A stretch of 64,000 nt of DNA from Camelus ferus (Eukaryota): assembly GCF_009834535.1 (NCBI RefSeq), contig NC_045696.1:31498001-31562000 (forward strand). Reading direction: 5' to 3'. The first letter of the stretch is position 1, and each line of letters begins with the position of its first letter. This document shows positions 25,910-39,760 of the stretch, one piece after another. The notes under the pieces were generated by a model. It was not told where the DNA came from, made no database searches, and was given only the letters and a program-made list of their open reading frames with translations. The position numbers and the translations under genes were made by a program.

Positions 25910-27880
25910 TAAGAAAACTAGTACACTGTAGCAGAGTTCCTCCACAACAAGTAACTATGCAGAACTGGCTTAGTTATCAAGTAACGGACACTGCAGTGTA
26001 GACACAGCAGATGCAGCAGGGCGGAAAGCTGGAGACTCTTGCAACGCTACAGCAAAATTATCACCTGTTTCAATTTGGAAGGCAGATCACATGCTTACCA
26101 ACCCGGCAGATCTAGCCAAAACTGTTGAAAAGAGCAAAAATACTAGCACGTGTTGGTTGTTCCTTGCCACTTATAGCAAAATATTACAATAATGATAGTA
26201 TTGTAAATATTAAAACAACATGAATAAGAATGGGCTGATTAACAAAGAGATGGAAGAAATACAGAAAATCCAAAGATTAAGGGCCACACAGACAGCCTTG
26301 CTAGATAAAATACAAAACTCTCAGATAAATTTAAATTTCAGAAAAATGAAAAAAATACTGTTTTAGTATGAGAATGTCCCAATTATTATATATGATATAA
26401 TAAAAATATCCAATATTTATCTAAAATTCAAATTTAACTGGGCATCTTGAATTTTTATTTGCTAAATCATGCAACCCTATTCACAGCATCAATGAACCCA
26501 ACTGCTTCTGAACCATGATCAGACGCAATAAAGCTGAAAATCACTTTAAGCAATGAGATCATTGAGAATTTTCAAACACAAAAATAGCCCATTAGCAAGG
26601 ATAGAAACATAGCCTATATTTCCTATGGTGACATAGCTCTTCAGCAAAGATAGGAATATGAGTGTTGTCATTTACCGAAAACTACTGTTTCAACTGTTCT
26701 CAAGATAATACATAAATGAAGAGACAGGCATCAAGGCAAGGAAGTAAAGAAATCAATCTGGTGTAATAAACATGACCAGAAAAAACTTTGGTTAAAGTGT
26801 GGCTACTGACTGGAAGCAAAAGGATGAGAAGCCTTCTAAATTTTCAGGGAAATTATATTGCAAAGTGACCACAAACTGCAATGATAGAGTCTGGGATCAA
26901 GCCATTCATAAAATGAACCCCAGTCTGGCAAAGTTGTACCAGAAGGAAGCAGGCTGTTAAGGCTGCAATCCTTGGTTTAGAACGTCAACTAAAACACTAA
27001 CTTCAGATGTGGTCATCTGAGTATATTGAAGAAGAAAGATCTTCATAGAGGGCAAATCTGAATCTATAAAAAATAAGTCAAGAAAGTTCCCCCAAAGAGT
27101 AGGACTTTGATTTATTCAAGGAACTTTCTTAACTTTCAGACCAAGATACTTTGACCACACATGCCCACCAGAGTCACCGATAACTGCTGCTATAGAAGAG
27201 TAACTGCCGTGATTTTCTAGTCTTCTCATTTTGATGACAATTTTTATTGTATTTAATTTCTCCTTGCTCTGCCTCTATGTATTATGTATTTGGCAGAAAG
27301 GAAGCAGTACTATAATGTGTCTTTTGTTTCGTAAGATCATTGGGCCACAAGAAGCCCAATGAACCTGGTGGACAGAAATGCACATCACCTAGAGGTTCTG
27401 GACTTTGAGTTGAGTATAGCAACCAAGTGGACTTGGAATAGAGTACCTTAAGGAAACATATAGGATATGTTCTTTTTGTGAGACAAAGAATGCTCTTAGA
27501 TATTTGGTGATCACAGGAGAATACACTGAGGCTGCTAACTGCCTATCTAAATCTGTTCTCCTCTTCTGGGACCCATGGCTACAGTACATTTGCTAGTTAC
27601 TCTTTTACACCAAGCCGTAAGTTTTCTCCTAGGGAATACATGGACTTTCCCAGTCACACCTGGCCTTTAGAGCCTTCCTGTGTGTTTCTCCACGCTTTTC
27701 CAGTTCCAAAGGGCAGGGATTTTGCTTAGAAGTAAGTTGCTAAAGCTGATTCAGCTATTTCAATCCAATCACATAGCTTAGGCACAACCAACCTAGAATA
27801 TCACTATCTAATCTTTATGAATGGGAAGTAAACTTTTGTATTCCTCAATGAATTATTGTTGAGCCACTTGGTCTTCTCCA
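25910..27880 (+). mobile_element. Old MaLR internal region plus 3' LTR (MLT1H/J-like)
   Basis: 'ggaaagctggagac...tttggaaggcaga' and 'ctggactttgagttgag' are MaLR-int motifs; LTR-like sequence from ~27526. Confidence 0.6.
26293..26478. mobile_element. MER53-like palindromic hAT MITE
   Basis: 'agataaaatacaaaactctcagataaatttaaatttcag' and its inverted arm 'aaattcaaatttaactgggcatc...gcaaccct'. Confidence 0.8.
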
Positions 27881-29334
27881 AATAATATAGAACACCAAAT
27901 CTGTTTACTATTTTTCATGCTTCCATGTGGGAAAAAAAAGTCTGTAAAAAGTATAAAACCTCTGACCTCTCTTTATTTTTCCTCTTCCCACTTCTTGCAG
28001 GCAAGGGATAGTGATTTACCTTAATGGCGAGTTTAGGAGAGAAAACCAGACATGTTCACCTCAATTCTTTCTCTCACCCTTCTTTGTTGATGCACCTTCC
28101 CCAGAGAAAACAAATACTGGTGTGATCTCTTAACACCTTAGCAGGAAAAAACTCTGCTCCATGATGAATTTCTACAAAAGTAGGGGTAGAATTAATTCAC
28201 ATAAAAGTTAGCAAGTCTTTTTGGCTGCTTATCCAAGTTGTGTTCTCCAAAAACAGTGTTTATTGATAACAAAGGAGACATTTTAATCTTCATTTATGTG
28301 AATATTTTGGTTACCTTTCAAATAACACAGAACTTCCATAGGTGTGGTGTAATTTCTTGACACATCCAAGAACAGTCTGAGATTAAAACAAAACAAAAAT
28401 AAAAACAAATTCTACATATGTTTACTAAAGTAACCAAGTAGCTCTCCCAAGTATTTCTTTCTTTCTCCTCTTCCAACTCAATCTGCCACTTTTACCAACC
28501 CATGATCTTCAAGTTGCACTTAGCCAACTAGGGATAAACGCATGGTAAAATCCATAGACAAGTTCTATTTTCGAAGTGCACTGGGACATGGAAATAGCTG
28601 TCTCCCTTTCACTGTGTCAAAATCAAACTGCAACTAGATTATCCCTAGATGTTTCTGATTCTCATTTACCTGTCAATGCCAAAAATATTTGCTGAGGTGA
28701 TTCTATGTAACTTTGCAATAGTATGGATAGATTGGTATAGTGGTTTATGACATAGCATCATTAAGGAAACACTAAAAATGTAGTGGAATTTATGGTAGTT
28801 TGAAAGAGTCAGAAAAAATATTTTTAAGTAATTTAAGATTTCCATTGCTCTTCATACAATGTAATCAGCTTTATATTCCCCAAATAAAACGTCAGAGATC
28901 TACAAAGTTACATGCTTGCGGGTATATCTAAAAATACATATTTCTTAACTTAAAAATGTATCATGAGTGTACCTTCTTTGATCCTATTTGATCTATTTTA
29001 ATTGGATGTTAAGATTAGGTGTAGGTTTTATGGACCTGGTGAATTTTACCTAAATAAACACAGCAAGCAAAATGTCAAGGAGAATCAATAAAAAAGTTTT
29101 GTGTAGACTAATTACTGTCCAAATCTTCCCTGAAAATCTTCTATGAAACTAGTTTTTCAATATGGCCTCTAGTTTAAAACTCACAGGAAAATTGTATATG
29201 TATACAGAGGGAAAAAAAAGAAAAAAAAGAAAGAGAGCAAACCAAATCTTACACTTGGGAGACATGATTCTCATGCTATGGTTAATTCCCTTCTTAAAAG
29301 TACCTAAAACCTATCTTACTACTTATATGTCAAG

Positions 29335-29515
29335 AGCGTAGTGATGTGAGTAAGTCACAGGGATGGAATCAAACAAGTGTTTGGGTTTGGACACACACCC
29401 ATCACTTACTTGCTTTGTCACTTGGGGCAAGATAAATAATCTAGCGAAGACTTTCCTCTTTAAAATGGTGAAAACAATAGACCATGCATTAAAAAAGAGT
29501 TATGCAAATTATATT
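29335..29515 (+). mobile_element. MIR SINE
   Basis: 'atcacttacttgctttgtcacttggggcaag...tttcctctttaaaatgg'. Confidence 0.6.
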
Positions 29516-29520
29516 AGCTT

Positions 29521-29640
29521 AGTAGTTCTAAACCTTTAGCTTGTGTCAGCATCACTCTGCGTTTCCAGTAAGATTTTTCATTTTAAACAAGTTTTTAGTC
29601 AGATGCTGCAGATCAAGAAACCACACACTGAGAACTGCTA
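29521..29640. mobile_element. MER5A-like MITE, internally deleted
   Basis: Terminal inverted repeats 'agtagttct' and 'agaactgct'. Confidence 0.65.
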
Positions 29641-32149
29641 TATAAACTGATGCATATAAAGCACTAGCAAATTGTCTGATATTACAAGTGTTTGATATGT
29701 TTTGCCTATTAATTTTCTTGGTGGTTTGTTTTTCATCTTTATGAATGTAAAAAGAGAAAACATACTTTGTAAATATTTTTATTGAAGATAAATTTTGCTT
29801 TGTTAGTATATAATCTCTTGTATACATATACACACACACACATGTATTTTGATGATTTACAAATTGAAAAGTGCTTTTGTGATGACACTAACAGAATCAT
29901 TTGATAAAAGAAGAGGCCTTTGTGGGGTGAATTATTCTGTTTTATCATTTTGGAATTTTACACTTGGATTTACTTAAGAAATACATTCCTTTATAGGTTG
30001 AGATCTTAAAAAGTGATCAATTAAGGAGATTTAATTTGGAATGATAACATGCTCTTAGTGAATGTTCTTATGACTTTAATGCTTCCATTATGATTGTCCT
30101 CAATAATATTTTATTGCCATTATGTACAGGTCTAAGATTTTCCTTTAGAAAATTATCACAAAGACTGCAGATGCCTGTCTTCACTATTATATCCATACCA
30201 CATGTAAGCTGTTAATAAATATTTGGTAAATGCTTAATACTTCATATTACTTGGTTGAAAATTTTCTTTTGCCTTAATAATATGTTGCAATAATGTGTAT
30301 GTGAGAGAAGAGAATTGATTATGTACAAAGAGGAAGAAACATAAGAATCTTAAGCCGACTCATCCAAAATCTAAATAAAAACAAAAATAGTCAAGATAAA
30401 GAAATGTTTTTTAATAATGACATGAAATGAATAATTAGTGAAGTGTAAAAAGAGTAATGAAAAATTTACACTAAAAACTAAAAATGTTTGTTTTGTTTTG
30501 TGTCTTTGTTTTGCTCAAAGAGGCAACTAAGTAGTTACTGATGGCTATGGGAACATCAGAAAACATACTAGAATTTGAAATAAAGGACAGCTTGGTCAGT
30601 ACCATTATTAATCAAGACTTTGCATTATTTAAGTAAAAAAATAAATTATCTTGAAAATATTTATCTACCTGAAGTCATATATTTCTCTTTGTGTTTCCTG
30701 TCCTTAATGAATTCTCTCAAACTCTTTTATCTAATCTCAAAGAAAATATATGTCTACTACCAAAAGAAAGGAGAAAAGAAAAATGTTTAACATGCAGATT
30801 AAGCAGTAAATAGTAATAACAAACTATTGGTGACATCTACAGTTTTTCACAAGCCAAAACAAAATATTTCAACTTACTTTCACCCCTTTTTTCCTACCAT
30901 TGTGTCAAATAAAACAGTAACAACGTTTGCATTAAGTAGCTTGTGAAAAGTGAACAAAAACTCTGAGCTGGTAAGTACATTGTCTTCTTCAGTGAGATTA
31001 TTTACTTCTTTGACAGTTTCATTGTTGATGAGGACATGAGAAATTACTTTTACTGCAGGCTGTATGGTATGTGGAATTTTTATCAGACGGTTGTTATTAA
31101 ACATTGTTTAAATGAAAAGTGACGACAGTCTCCTTTAATATTAATAGTCTGAATGTTCAAAAGATTAGCAAACAAAAAAGCTTCTAGCATGAACTGAATT
31201 TTTATGATTTTCTTCTTGGCATACTGCCATACAGTGAAAGTTTTAGATGATTTTAAGAGCTACCTGGAGTGGTCCTAATTCCCAATTCCGCTAGGAAGCT
31301 CCAAAATACTAAGTATTGTCTTTTCCTTCTTGGGAGACTTTATTTCCTTCTTTGGTCTTTATTGATCTTAACCATCTCTGAAAACACACAGTTTATACCA
31401 ACAAATACTTTTAACACAAAGTAAAGAAGAATGAGTGATAAGAGCAAAAGCAATAACTGTATCCTGATGAAAAATCTAGACTGAAGAAAATGCTCTGTTT
31501 TTCAAGTAAACAGGAACATGTATACTTTATTTTTTCTGACTACATTTTATTTCTTGTATGACCTTGAGAAATACATTCTATTATGGAAATAAAAAGTATT
31601 TACTATCATTTATTTTTTACTAAAGGAGACTATATAAATAGCTGTATATTCCAAAATACTATTACACATACTTTGTAGTCATGTATAGTTATTTAATAAT
31701 GAATATCTACTTTCGATGGAGTTCAATATATAAATAAGTATATTTGCAAAAAAAAAATCAGGTATAGGATTATGTGGTAGTGAGTAATATGAATGTATTT
31801 ATAATAGGTACCATTCTAAATATCTTACATTAAGCCTTTCCAGTATCTAGTGCAAAATACTAAGTAGACAAATACTGCCTTCATAATCTGTCTTAGGCAA
31901 GTAACTTTCAATTGCACTGGACCCGGTGGTAATACCCTATATTTAAAGCTTTTTAACAGCAGTTACAGTATGTATTAGTGTATTACTGTTTCCTAGTGAA
32001 ATAATAGTAGTTATATTATTGATGAATAATAGATACTCATTCTGTTATTCACACAAGTTATCTACATTTTTCCTCCTAGCCACTTCATTAGTAATAAATC
32101 AATGACAAAAATCCAAATTATACTTTGTAGTTTTTTTGCCTGTCCATTT

Positions 32150-33970
32150 GGCTAGATATGAAAACACTGAACACTTTCTTTGCCAATATCTCTTTACTTT
32201 TTTCTTGCATGACAATATAACTACCAGTTTATTTGTGCATCTATTTGTTTTTTTCTTTTTTTGTATTGTCTAAATTACCATGAATCTTTTATTCAAGCTT
32301 TTTTCTGGTTCCTCCTCAACTACCAAATTTTAAATAATTGCTCAGGATTCTTTCCTGAGTCTCTTCTACTTTTACATTCTTTATCTGCTTATCTTGATCC
32401 ACTTTGTACTGACAATCAATAATAAACCATGAACAAAGTCATTTGAAAGTCATCACACCTCTGAGATTACTTACTCAAACTTCTAAATCTCTAATCATAG
32501 TCTTCTATCCTGTGATAGTCTGATTGATAAAGAACTCCCACTCACATTATTATATGTCATCAGTGGGACCTCCAGATTATTAATGCCTTTTACTTTATAC
32601 CCATTTTTTTCTAACTGAACAGTAGATCTACATAGCAAGTTATATAATTGAACTTTTGACTTGAAGTTCCATGGATTTAGTAAGTCCAATAGGGACCCCT
32701 TTACCTGTTTCCTCTCAGACCAAAACATTTGCAACTTCTCAAATGTTTCTTTTCCCCCAATAAACAATATGCAAACTCAGGTTAAAATTCCAAAAGGTCA
32801 TCCTAACTATCTCCATGTTGAATACATATTAAATTCCTATAAATTCTGTATAATAAATATTTAAATTCTATCCACATCCATTTAGGTCTTCTTCAAGTAT
32901 CCTAATCCAAATGATGATATCAATGATATCAGTTTTCTACAGAGATGAAATAAGTTTTGGGTATCTACATTGCATCTCCATGCCCTCATGGTTTTCATAT
33001 AATCTTCACACAGCAGCTAAAGTCTTTTAAATACAAAATAAAATATTTTTTTCCAGATGAAATAGCTTCCTGGCTACCAATATGACCCACAAAGACTTGT
33101 GTCATGTGGTTCCTACCAACTTACCAGTCATATATCATACTTCTTGCTTTCTTCTCCTTTGAGCTACAATCATACAGTATTTCTTTTTACCTCCAAAGCT
33201 GGTTTTGTTCCTGCCCATTTTCATGTGCCACTTATTATTCCAGAAATTCCATCCTTTTCCTCCTCCCAACATACTCAATTTAATGACATGTTTCAACTTA
33301 ATGTTCCTTTCTCTAGAAATCTCTCTGACCATCAAGGCTGATAGTATCTTACAGCATGTATCTTTCTAACTAAACCTAACTCAACTACTAGGTAAAAGCA
33401 ACATTAGACTGAATCCCATTGCAATCTCCAAGACAACCAGCTGGCTTGACACGCATTCAGCATGCAATACTTATTTACTAAATGAATGACCAGCTATATG
33501 CTGACTATCCCTAAATCTATATCCAACACTAGGCATATTATTTCCATACAAATGTTTGGAAATTTCAAACTACATATTTGTCATTTGCACTCCTAACTGC
33601 CCAAACAAGAAACTTGTGTGTTGTCCTTACTCTCCATTCTTCCTCACATGCAACTATACCATAAAATTCTAATTCTTCCTCCCAGATGTAGCCTAAGTTA
33701 TATTATCATAAAATTTATTATAAAATTCTTACTCTTCTTTGTAAATGTAGCCTAAATGCACCTATTCCTCTATGTGTTGTTTATAACTCTAGTCTAAAAC
33801 ACTATCACTTATTACCTACCTACTGCAAAAGCTTACTAGTTGGGCTCCTTGCACCCAGTGTTGCCACAATGCAGTATTGTTTATGCACCAAAAGAGGTTG
33901 TTAGGCCAATCTTATCTTTCTCCCACCTGCTTAATATTAATATTTTTTCATTTCCTTTAAAATATATTCC
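32150..33970 (+). mobile_element. LINE-2 fragments
   Basis: L2 3' motifs and terminal 'aaatgaatga' at ~33480; a further fragment lies at ~33500-33970. Confidence 0.55.
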
Positions 33971-34734
33971 ACTAAGTTTAAAATGCCATGTACTATTAAG
34001 AAGGCATTGCTCATAATTAGAAAGTTGAATTAGCTTGTCAATACTTTTACTCCTGTAAACAACATAGGAGAAAAACAAAATTTCTTCAGTTCAGCATCTT
34101 TCTAATATAACAATATATAAGGAGGGTAGACAGCTTTCTTAGAAAATATAAAACTAAGTTTTCTTGTTTCTGATTTAAGCTATAGAGTGTTTCTGGACCA
34201 CTCCTCTTGTCCAGAGATTTATCTTTCTTGTAGAAATATATCCTTAATGATGCTGTGTTACACTTAGTACTATGGGCCAATTTTGGACATATAATCTCCT
34301 CATTAACATCTTTTATTAAAGACTGGAAATATCTAAAGAAAATTTTAACAAAATCTCAGAAAGTACAGAACCAATATATTGCAATAGATGCAATTGGACA
34401 ATCTGATTTTTAACTGAAATTATTTGTATTCTGATGCTGCTTGTCCTGTATTAATTGATATCCTGATCTGCCTACATGATAAAGTACCATATAAGGTCCT
34501 ATCAACCAAAATCCCATACTGGGAAGTCTCAGCTCCTCCTAGATATAAGAAAGCAAGTCTTTGGCAAAGGCCAGTATTTTCTTCCCCACTTTCCTAAAAC
34601 CTTCTCTCTTAATTATATTTAATGTTCAATAACTTCCTCTTCACTATACAAATAATAGTGTAATATTCATACCTTTCAGGGAAAAATGAGACAGAGGAAA
34701 AAAAAAAAAGAAAGAAAGAAAGAAAAACAGCAGA

Positions 34735-34950
34735 GAGGCAGAGTGCATAGTGGTTAAAAGCACTGACCCTGCTCAGCTCTGACTTTGTTACTTAAAAACT
34801 TTGTACCTCAGATTCCTCAACTGTAAAATGAGGATAAATGAAAGTAACTACCAGTAAAGAGTTTTTATAAACATAAAATGAGTTATTTGTAAAATTGCTT
34901 AGACCAGTTTGTCTGGGACTGAGGAAAATTATATAATTGTTAGTTATTAC
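34735..34950 (+). mobile_element. MIR SINE
   Basis: 'gcatagtggttaaaagcac...cctcagattcctcaactgtaaaatgaggata' is the MIR core. Confidence 0.8.
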
Positions 34951-35254
34951 TATCTAAGAAAATGTGTACACAAGGAATGTACACATAGCACAGAAGTCTT
35001 TTTGTATTTTCAAATATTTAAAAAAGAAAGTCCCTTTCAAAACTCTTCACCTTTTTTTTTTTTTTTTATCCTGGCATACCTAGTCCTGTCAGCTGTCTAG
35101 AGGAGCATTTTATGTGTCTGAAATAGCCTGCCTACTAATTTCCCAAAACATATGTGTATATATTTCACATTTAATATGTAGACTCTAAAACTGAAAAGAA
35201 AAACCTATAGGCAATGTATCCTGAATGGAGAGTAGATTGATATCATCACCTCTA

Positions 35255-35375
35255 ATTCATTCATTTGTCCATTTATGTATTCATTAAACAAGTCTATATT
35301 GAGTACTCACTGTACGCCAATCACTAAGCTAGGTGTTAGGGATGAAAATAAATTAATCAATGACCTCCCTTAAAC
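35255..35375 (-). mobile_element. L2 3' end, antisense
   Basis: 'attcattcatt...attgagtactcactgtacgcca'. Confidence 0.65.
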
Positions 35376-35977
35376 AACTAGAAACTGTTCAAATAACTGC
35401 TGTATCTTCAAACATGCCAAGGAATAAACTTTGGACAATAAGGTGTCTCGAAGTCCAGAGTTAAAGAAGAAAGTGCTTTATAAAACAACAGCCTCAAAAT
35501 TGAAAGCTGAGGTTTAGTGAAGCAAAAGGGAATCTTAAGGTATTTCTGTTTAAATTGCTATCAAACCTGGCCTTGGACTCTAGGATTCCAGGTAGTAATA
35601 ACCACTTATATGTGATTAAAGGTTTCCACATAAACATGCTTTGGGCTTGGGTTGGTCAGTTTCCTAGAACAATTTATTTTGTTTGAATACTTCATTTCTT
35701 ATACTGACCAGGGAAAGAGATTATGTTTGGTTCCATATTGAAATGGCCACAGAAAAGAAGAGAATGAACTATTTCAACATAGTAGGAAGATGTTAATCTA
35801 TTACACTTATGGCACTAAAGAGGACAGATTATATTCAAGAGTTAGAAATACATACGTAAACTGTTAAAAATGCTCTTCCCTCATACTGTCACAATTATAC
35901 CTTCACATCAACAAATTAGAAAAATCACAAAAAGCTGAGATATTTATGTGACTGAAATCAGCAAAATACCAGAGACT

Positions 35978-36116
35978 GTTTTTTCCCTTCCAGTTTCATT
36001 GAGATGTAATCGACACACAGCATCATGTAAGTTTAAGTTGTACAGCTTAATGATTTGACTTACAAAATGGAATGATTACCACCTGAATTTTAATCAACAT
36101 CCGTCATCTCATACAG
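35978..36116 (-). mobile_element. Short L1 3' end, antisense
   Basis: 'ccagtttcattgagatgtaatcgacacacagcatcatgtaagtttaag'. Confidence 0.75.
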
Positions 36117-37269
36117 ATGGTTCAGAGATATTTAATTGACTATATATGTTCCATATTTGATTGTCTGATTGATGGGGTAGCAACATTTGGATGAAAATTT
36201 AAATGTAATTAATAAATTATTATATAATTATTTTATACAATTTTTTGTCATCACAGTAGCAAAATCTCTTCTTTTGGGTATTTTCACAAAATTTTTGACC
36301 TACTGATAGTAAATTCTAAGACTCAAAAAGAGTATAATTTGTATATACTTTTCTAAAATTAAGATGAAAGTAAGTATAAAATTCAAACATTATTTTTTCA
36401 AAAATATTTTTCAAATAAAGTTATTCACTAAAATTAAAAGAAAATCAACACTTTAATATCAAAAGGCTATAAATATCAAGTTAGTAATTTAAATTTTTGA
36501 AAAATTAAATCATTAGATTTTTATGAAAAATAAAACTATTCAAAATGCTAGTAGTCAATTTTCATATTGTTACTGATGAAAAAAATTGGTATCATGTTAT
36601 ACATATATTTCATCTAAGTCTACATATATACATTTACAGTAAGACAGATTGTTTAATATTTCAATATGTCTTCAATCACCGTGTGCAACTGTGCTGAACA
36701 GCATGTAATTCTGGAGTATCTCTGGAATCAAGAATTGAAACAAAAGTTAAGAAAGAATAAAAGGTCGCTGAGTGCTATTGGGAAATGATACATGGTTATG
36801 CAGGGATCTATTACATTCATGCTGGGAAGAAGGATTTGACAAGTTAATTAATTTGTCTTTTCTCTTACCTAAATGCTTCTGATGCTCAAATTGTCTCCAC
36901 ACTCTGTCACAGTGCATTTTAACGTGTAGGCAGCAGTACAATCCACAAATGTTCTCAGTATTCAGACATCCATTATTTCAAGGACATATGCAAGTGATAC
37001 TGCGAATTATCCTAGGTCCAGAAAGACAATGCTCACGGAACAGATATTTAGGGTTATGATCACCCTGTGCCAACTTTAAGCATTGGATCCAGAGTGACAG
37101 AGGTGCCCAAGTGTACTTTATTAAATTAATTTGCTATGTTTTTATGAACTGTGGGTCTTCTAATGTACTGGCCAAGATCAGAGGCCTCTTTCGCCTTGGT
37201 CTAAGGGAGATACAGATTGAAGTATATATGTGTACCTTAAAAGTACATAAAAGACTAAATACATATGTG

Positions 37270-37680
37270 TTTTAGATAGAGAGAGGATTCATAACTGCTT
37301 CTTAGAAATGGTAAAACTTACGATGAGTTTTAGAGGGTGGGTAGTTAAGTATTGATAGACCTGTACAAGAACTTAGGCACAGACTAAACCCCTGACTACA
37401 CAATTAAGCAGGGCCTTACATAACATACTAATGAACTGAGCCTTCAATTTTTAGGGTTAGTGGAAGTTATCTTATTATTTTCAGTGGAAAAAAAGCAGTT
37501 ATTTTTAGAAGGATGATTAGCAGCATAGAGGACTGGAGTAAAGCAAATCCAGATGCATGAGAAAAGATAAGGGGCCGCTTCAAAAGTTTTGAGGAGAAAG
37601 GTAAATGTGAACTAAAGCAAAGTCAGGGGTGTTGGAGATGAAGGTGGTACTTGAAGCAGTACATTTATGGGATAGCTAAC
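37270..37680 (-). mobile_element. L2 fragment, antisense
   Basis: 'gggccttacataacatactaatgaactg', 'ttttagaaggatgatt' and 'gaactaaagc'. Confidence 0.55.
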
Positions 37681-39271
37681 AACTTTCTCTTCAGTTAAGG
37701 ATCTCCCTTTAAGGTCTTTTCAGAGCTATATCACACTGTTTACTTAGACATTGATATTACAGTAAACTAAACTTTAAATTTATTATACATGTAAGAGGTT
37801 TACAGATGCTTTACTTCAGTTGTAATATGTTTAATTATATAATTACCAAAGTAATTTTCTGAGAGAATATTATGCCTTAGAACATAAGTACTCAGAATCA
37901 AATACTTAGAAGGAAAAATAAAACTTCATTTCAACCTATGCACACTGATTATCAGAGAAGTGACTAATAGATTCACCTAACATTCTTCAGATAATTAAGC
38001 CACCTTCAGAGTGGTGGCTTAGTTCTGGTTCCCAGAGCTCTATTCAATTCACAATTATATTTTTCTCTAAACAGTATCAAAGTCTCATAGAAATATTTTT
38101 AAAGGCATAGAATATTTAAAATGCTATAGGTACCAGAAATGTAAAATATATATAATATTCACTCATTGTCTAATTTGTTAATATGCAGTATATAATTTAT
38201 TGTTTAGTACATTAATCTTTGTCAAGTATTATAAGGAAAAATAACAAGAGCTAAAAGAATCCATGAAAAACTGAAATAGATAAAACTTGCTCTATAAACA
38301 GTTCCCATTAGGGAACTGAGGTGGGCAGTGAATGAAAAACAGAACAAAAAAATCTTTAGAACCAGAAATATCCTAATACCCAGAGAAGATGGTGTTATAA
38401 GGTTGGCAGAGATACGATTCTTTAAAAAGTGTGCCCTTGAAAACAAAAGCTGCATTATAAACAAGAATAAGTACATTTCTCAAGAAATGACAAAGTCAAA
38501 ATTTTTAAACAGTTACTGTTTTCTTTCAGAATCTTCTGGGTCCAAAACATCAAAACTAATTTAAAACAAACAATTGCATCAAATTCTGCCATTTTTGACA
38601 CTGCAGTTAAAAATAAAAGTAAGCAGTTTATCAACAGCATGCAAATTCATATAACAGTCATAGGATATGATTCCAAACAATTGTGAACTTTTTAAAAATA
38701 GATATTATACCAAGTCATTTACATTGAACCAAATATTAATGAGCAAATGTTCACAAATGAGCAAGGAAGATACAATCTTGGTTTCTGTGATTTTAATAAT
38801 GTGGATAATGACTGTTACTAAAACTATTCTACAGTGTCCAAGGTTTTATCACTCAGTTTAAATTTTACAAAGAAGAAATAAATTAAAATGAGTATGTCTA
38901 TATGATTCAAAAAGTGAACTGCTAAAAATTTACTCGAATTCAGAGATGTGTTTGAAAACTTTATTATCAACAATATCTAAAACATGTTTCCTGGCATTTT
39001 TATAAATAGGAGCATTATAACTACTCTACCAGTATGCTCTACAAGTACATAATGTTTTAAGAATTACAAGAATTAGACAATAAGCAACAATCCCTGCCTT
39101 GTCTTACAAATTAGGAAATACCAATTGCACCTTAATACCTTAGAGAGAGAACTTTGTTCTCCAAATTTTAATATAATGACAGAATAGGGACTCGAAGGGA
39201 GATTACTAACAAAGTAATTCTTCAGTAGATATATATTGGAATATACTATGGAAGCTTTATAACATTACACC

Positions 39272-39430
39272 ATCAGAGCTAGAAAGGACCTTAGAGACCA
39301 ACTAGTCCAACCCTCTCATTTTTCTCAGGCATCTGCGGGCTTGAGAGAGGGCCAGTGTCTTGCTGGAGGTAACAGTACTGACAATTAGTGGCCGAGCTAG
39401 AATGGGGGCCTTGTATTCCCAGTGTCATGT
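39272..39430 (-). mobile_element. MIR (MIR3/MIRc-like), antisense
   Basis: 'agagctagaaaggaccttagagaccaactagtccaaccctctcatttt'. Confidence 0.8.
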
Positions 39431-39461
39431 CAATGGTCTCTTTGCAAATGTTTCTTAACGA

Positions 39462-39760
39462 ATTTCCCTGCCTCCAGTCATGCCCACAACCGATTCATTC
39501 TCCGCACTGCTGCCAGAACGATCTTTCATAAATACAAATCTGACCAACGTATTCCCCTGTTTAAAAGCCTTTAATCGGTCCCATCACTCAAAGGACAAAG
39601 TTCAAATTTCTTAGCATCTACTACAAGATTCTGACATCTGTTTGATTTTCTGGCTTCTTCTCTCACCAATTCTTAAAATCTAGAGCCTGAGTCATCTGCA
39701 TGTAATTCAGAAATACATCATGCTTTCTCAAATCCTGTATCCAGAAATTCTTTTATTTTC
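39462..39760 (+). mobile_element. L2 3' fragment
   Basis: 'ccctgcctccagtc...cactgctgccagaacgatctttcataaatacaaatctgacca'. Confidence 0.75.

Noticed and set aside
30880..31104. 74-aa minus-strand ORF and nearby + strand splice-like sites (30971, 31016, 31067)
   Set aside because: No recognisable protein; the implied 46-nt intron is too short and the upstream candidate exon has stops in all frames.
37996..38021. Hairpin taagccacc-N8-ggtggctta as terminator or miRNA
   Set aside because: A 9-bp stem is too short for a pre-miRNA and is expected by chance in 64 kb.
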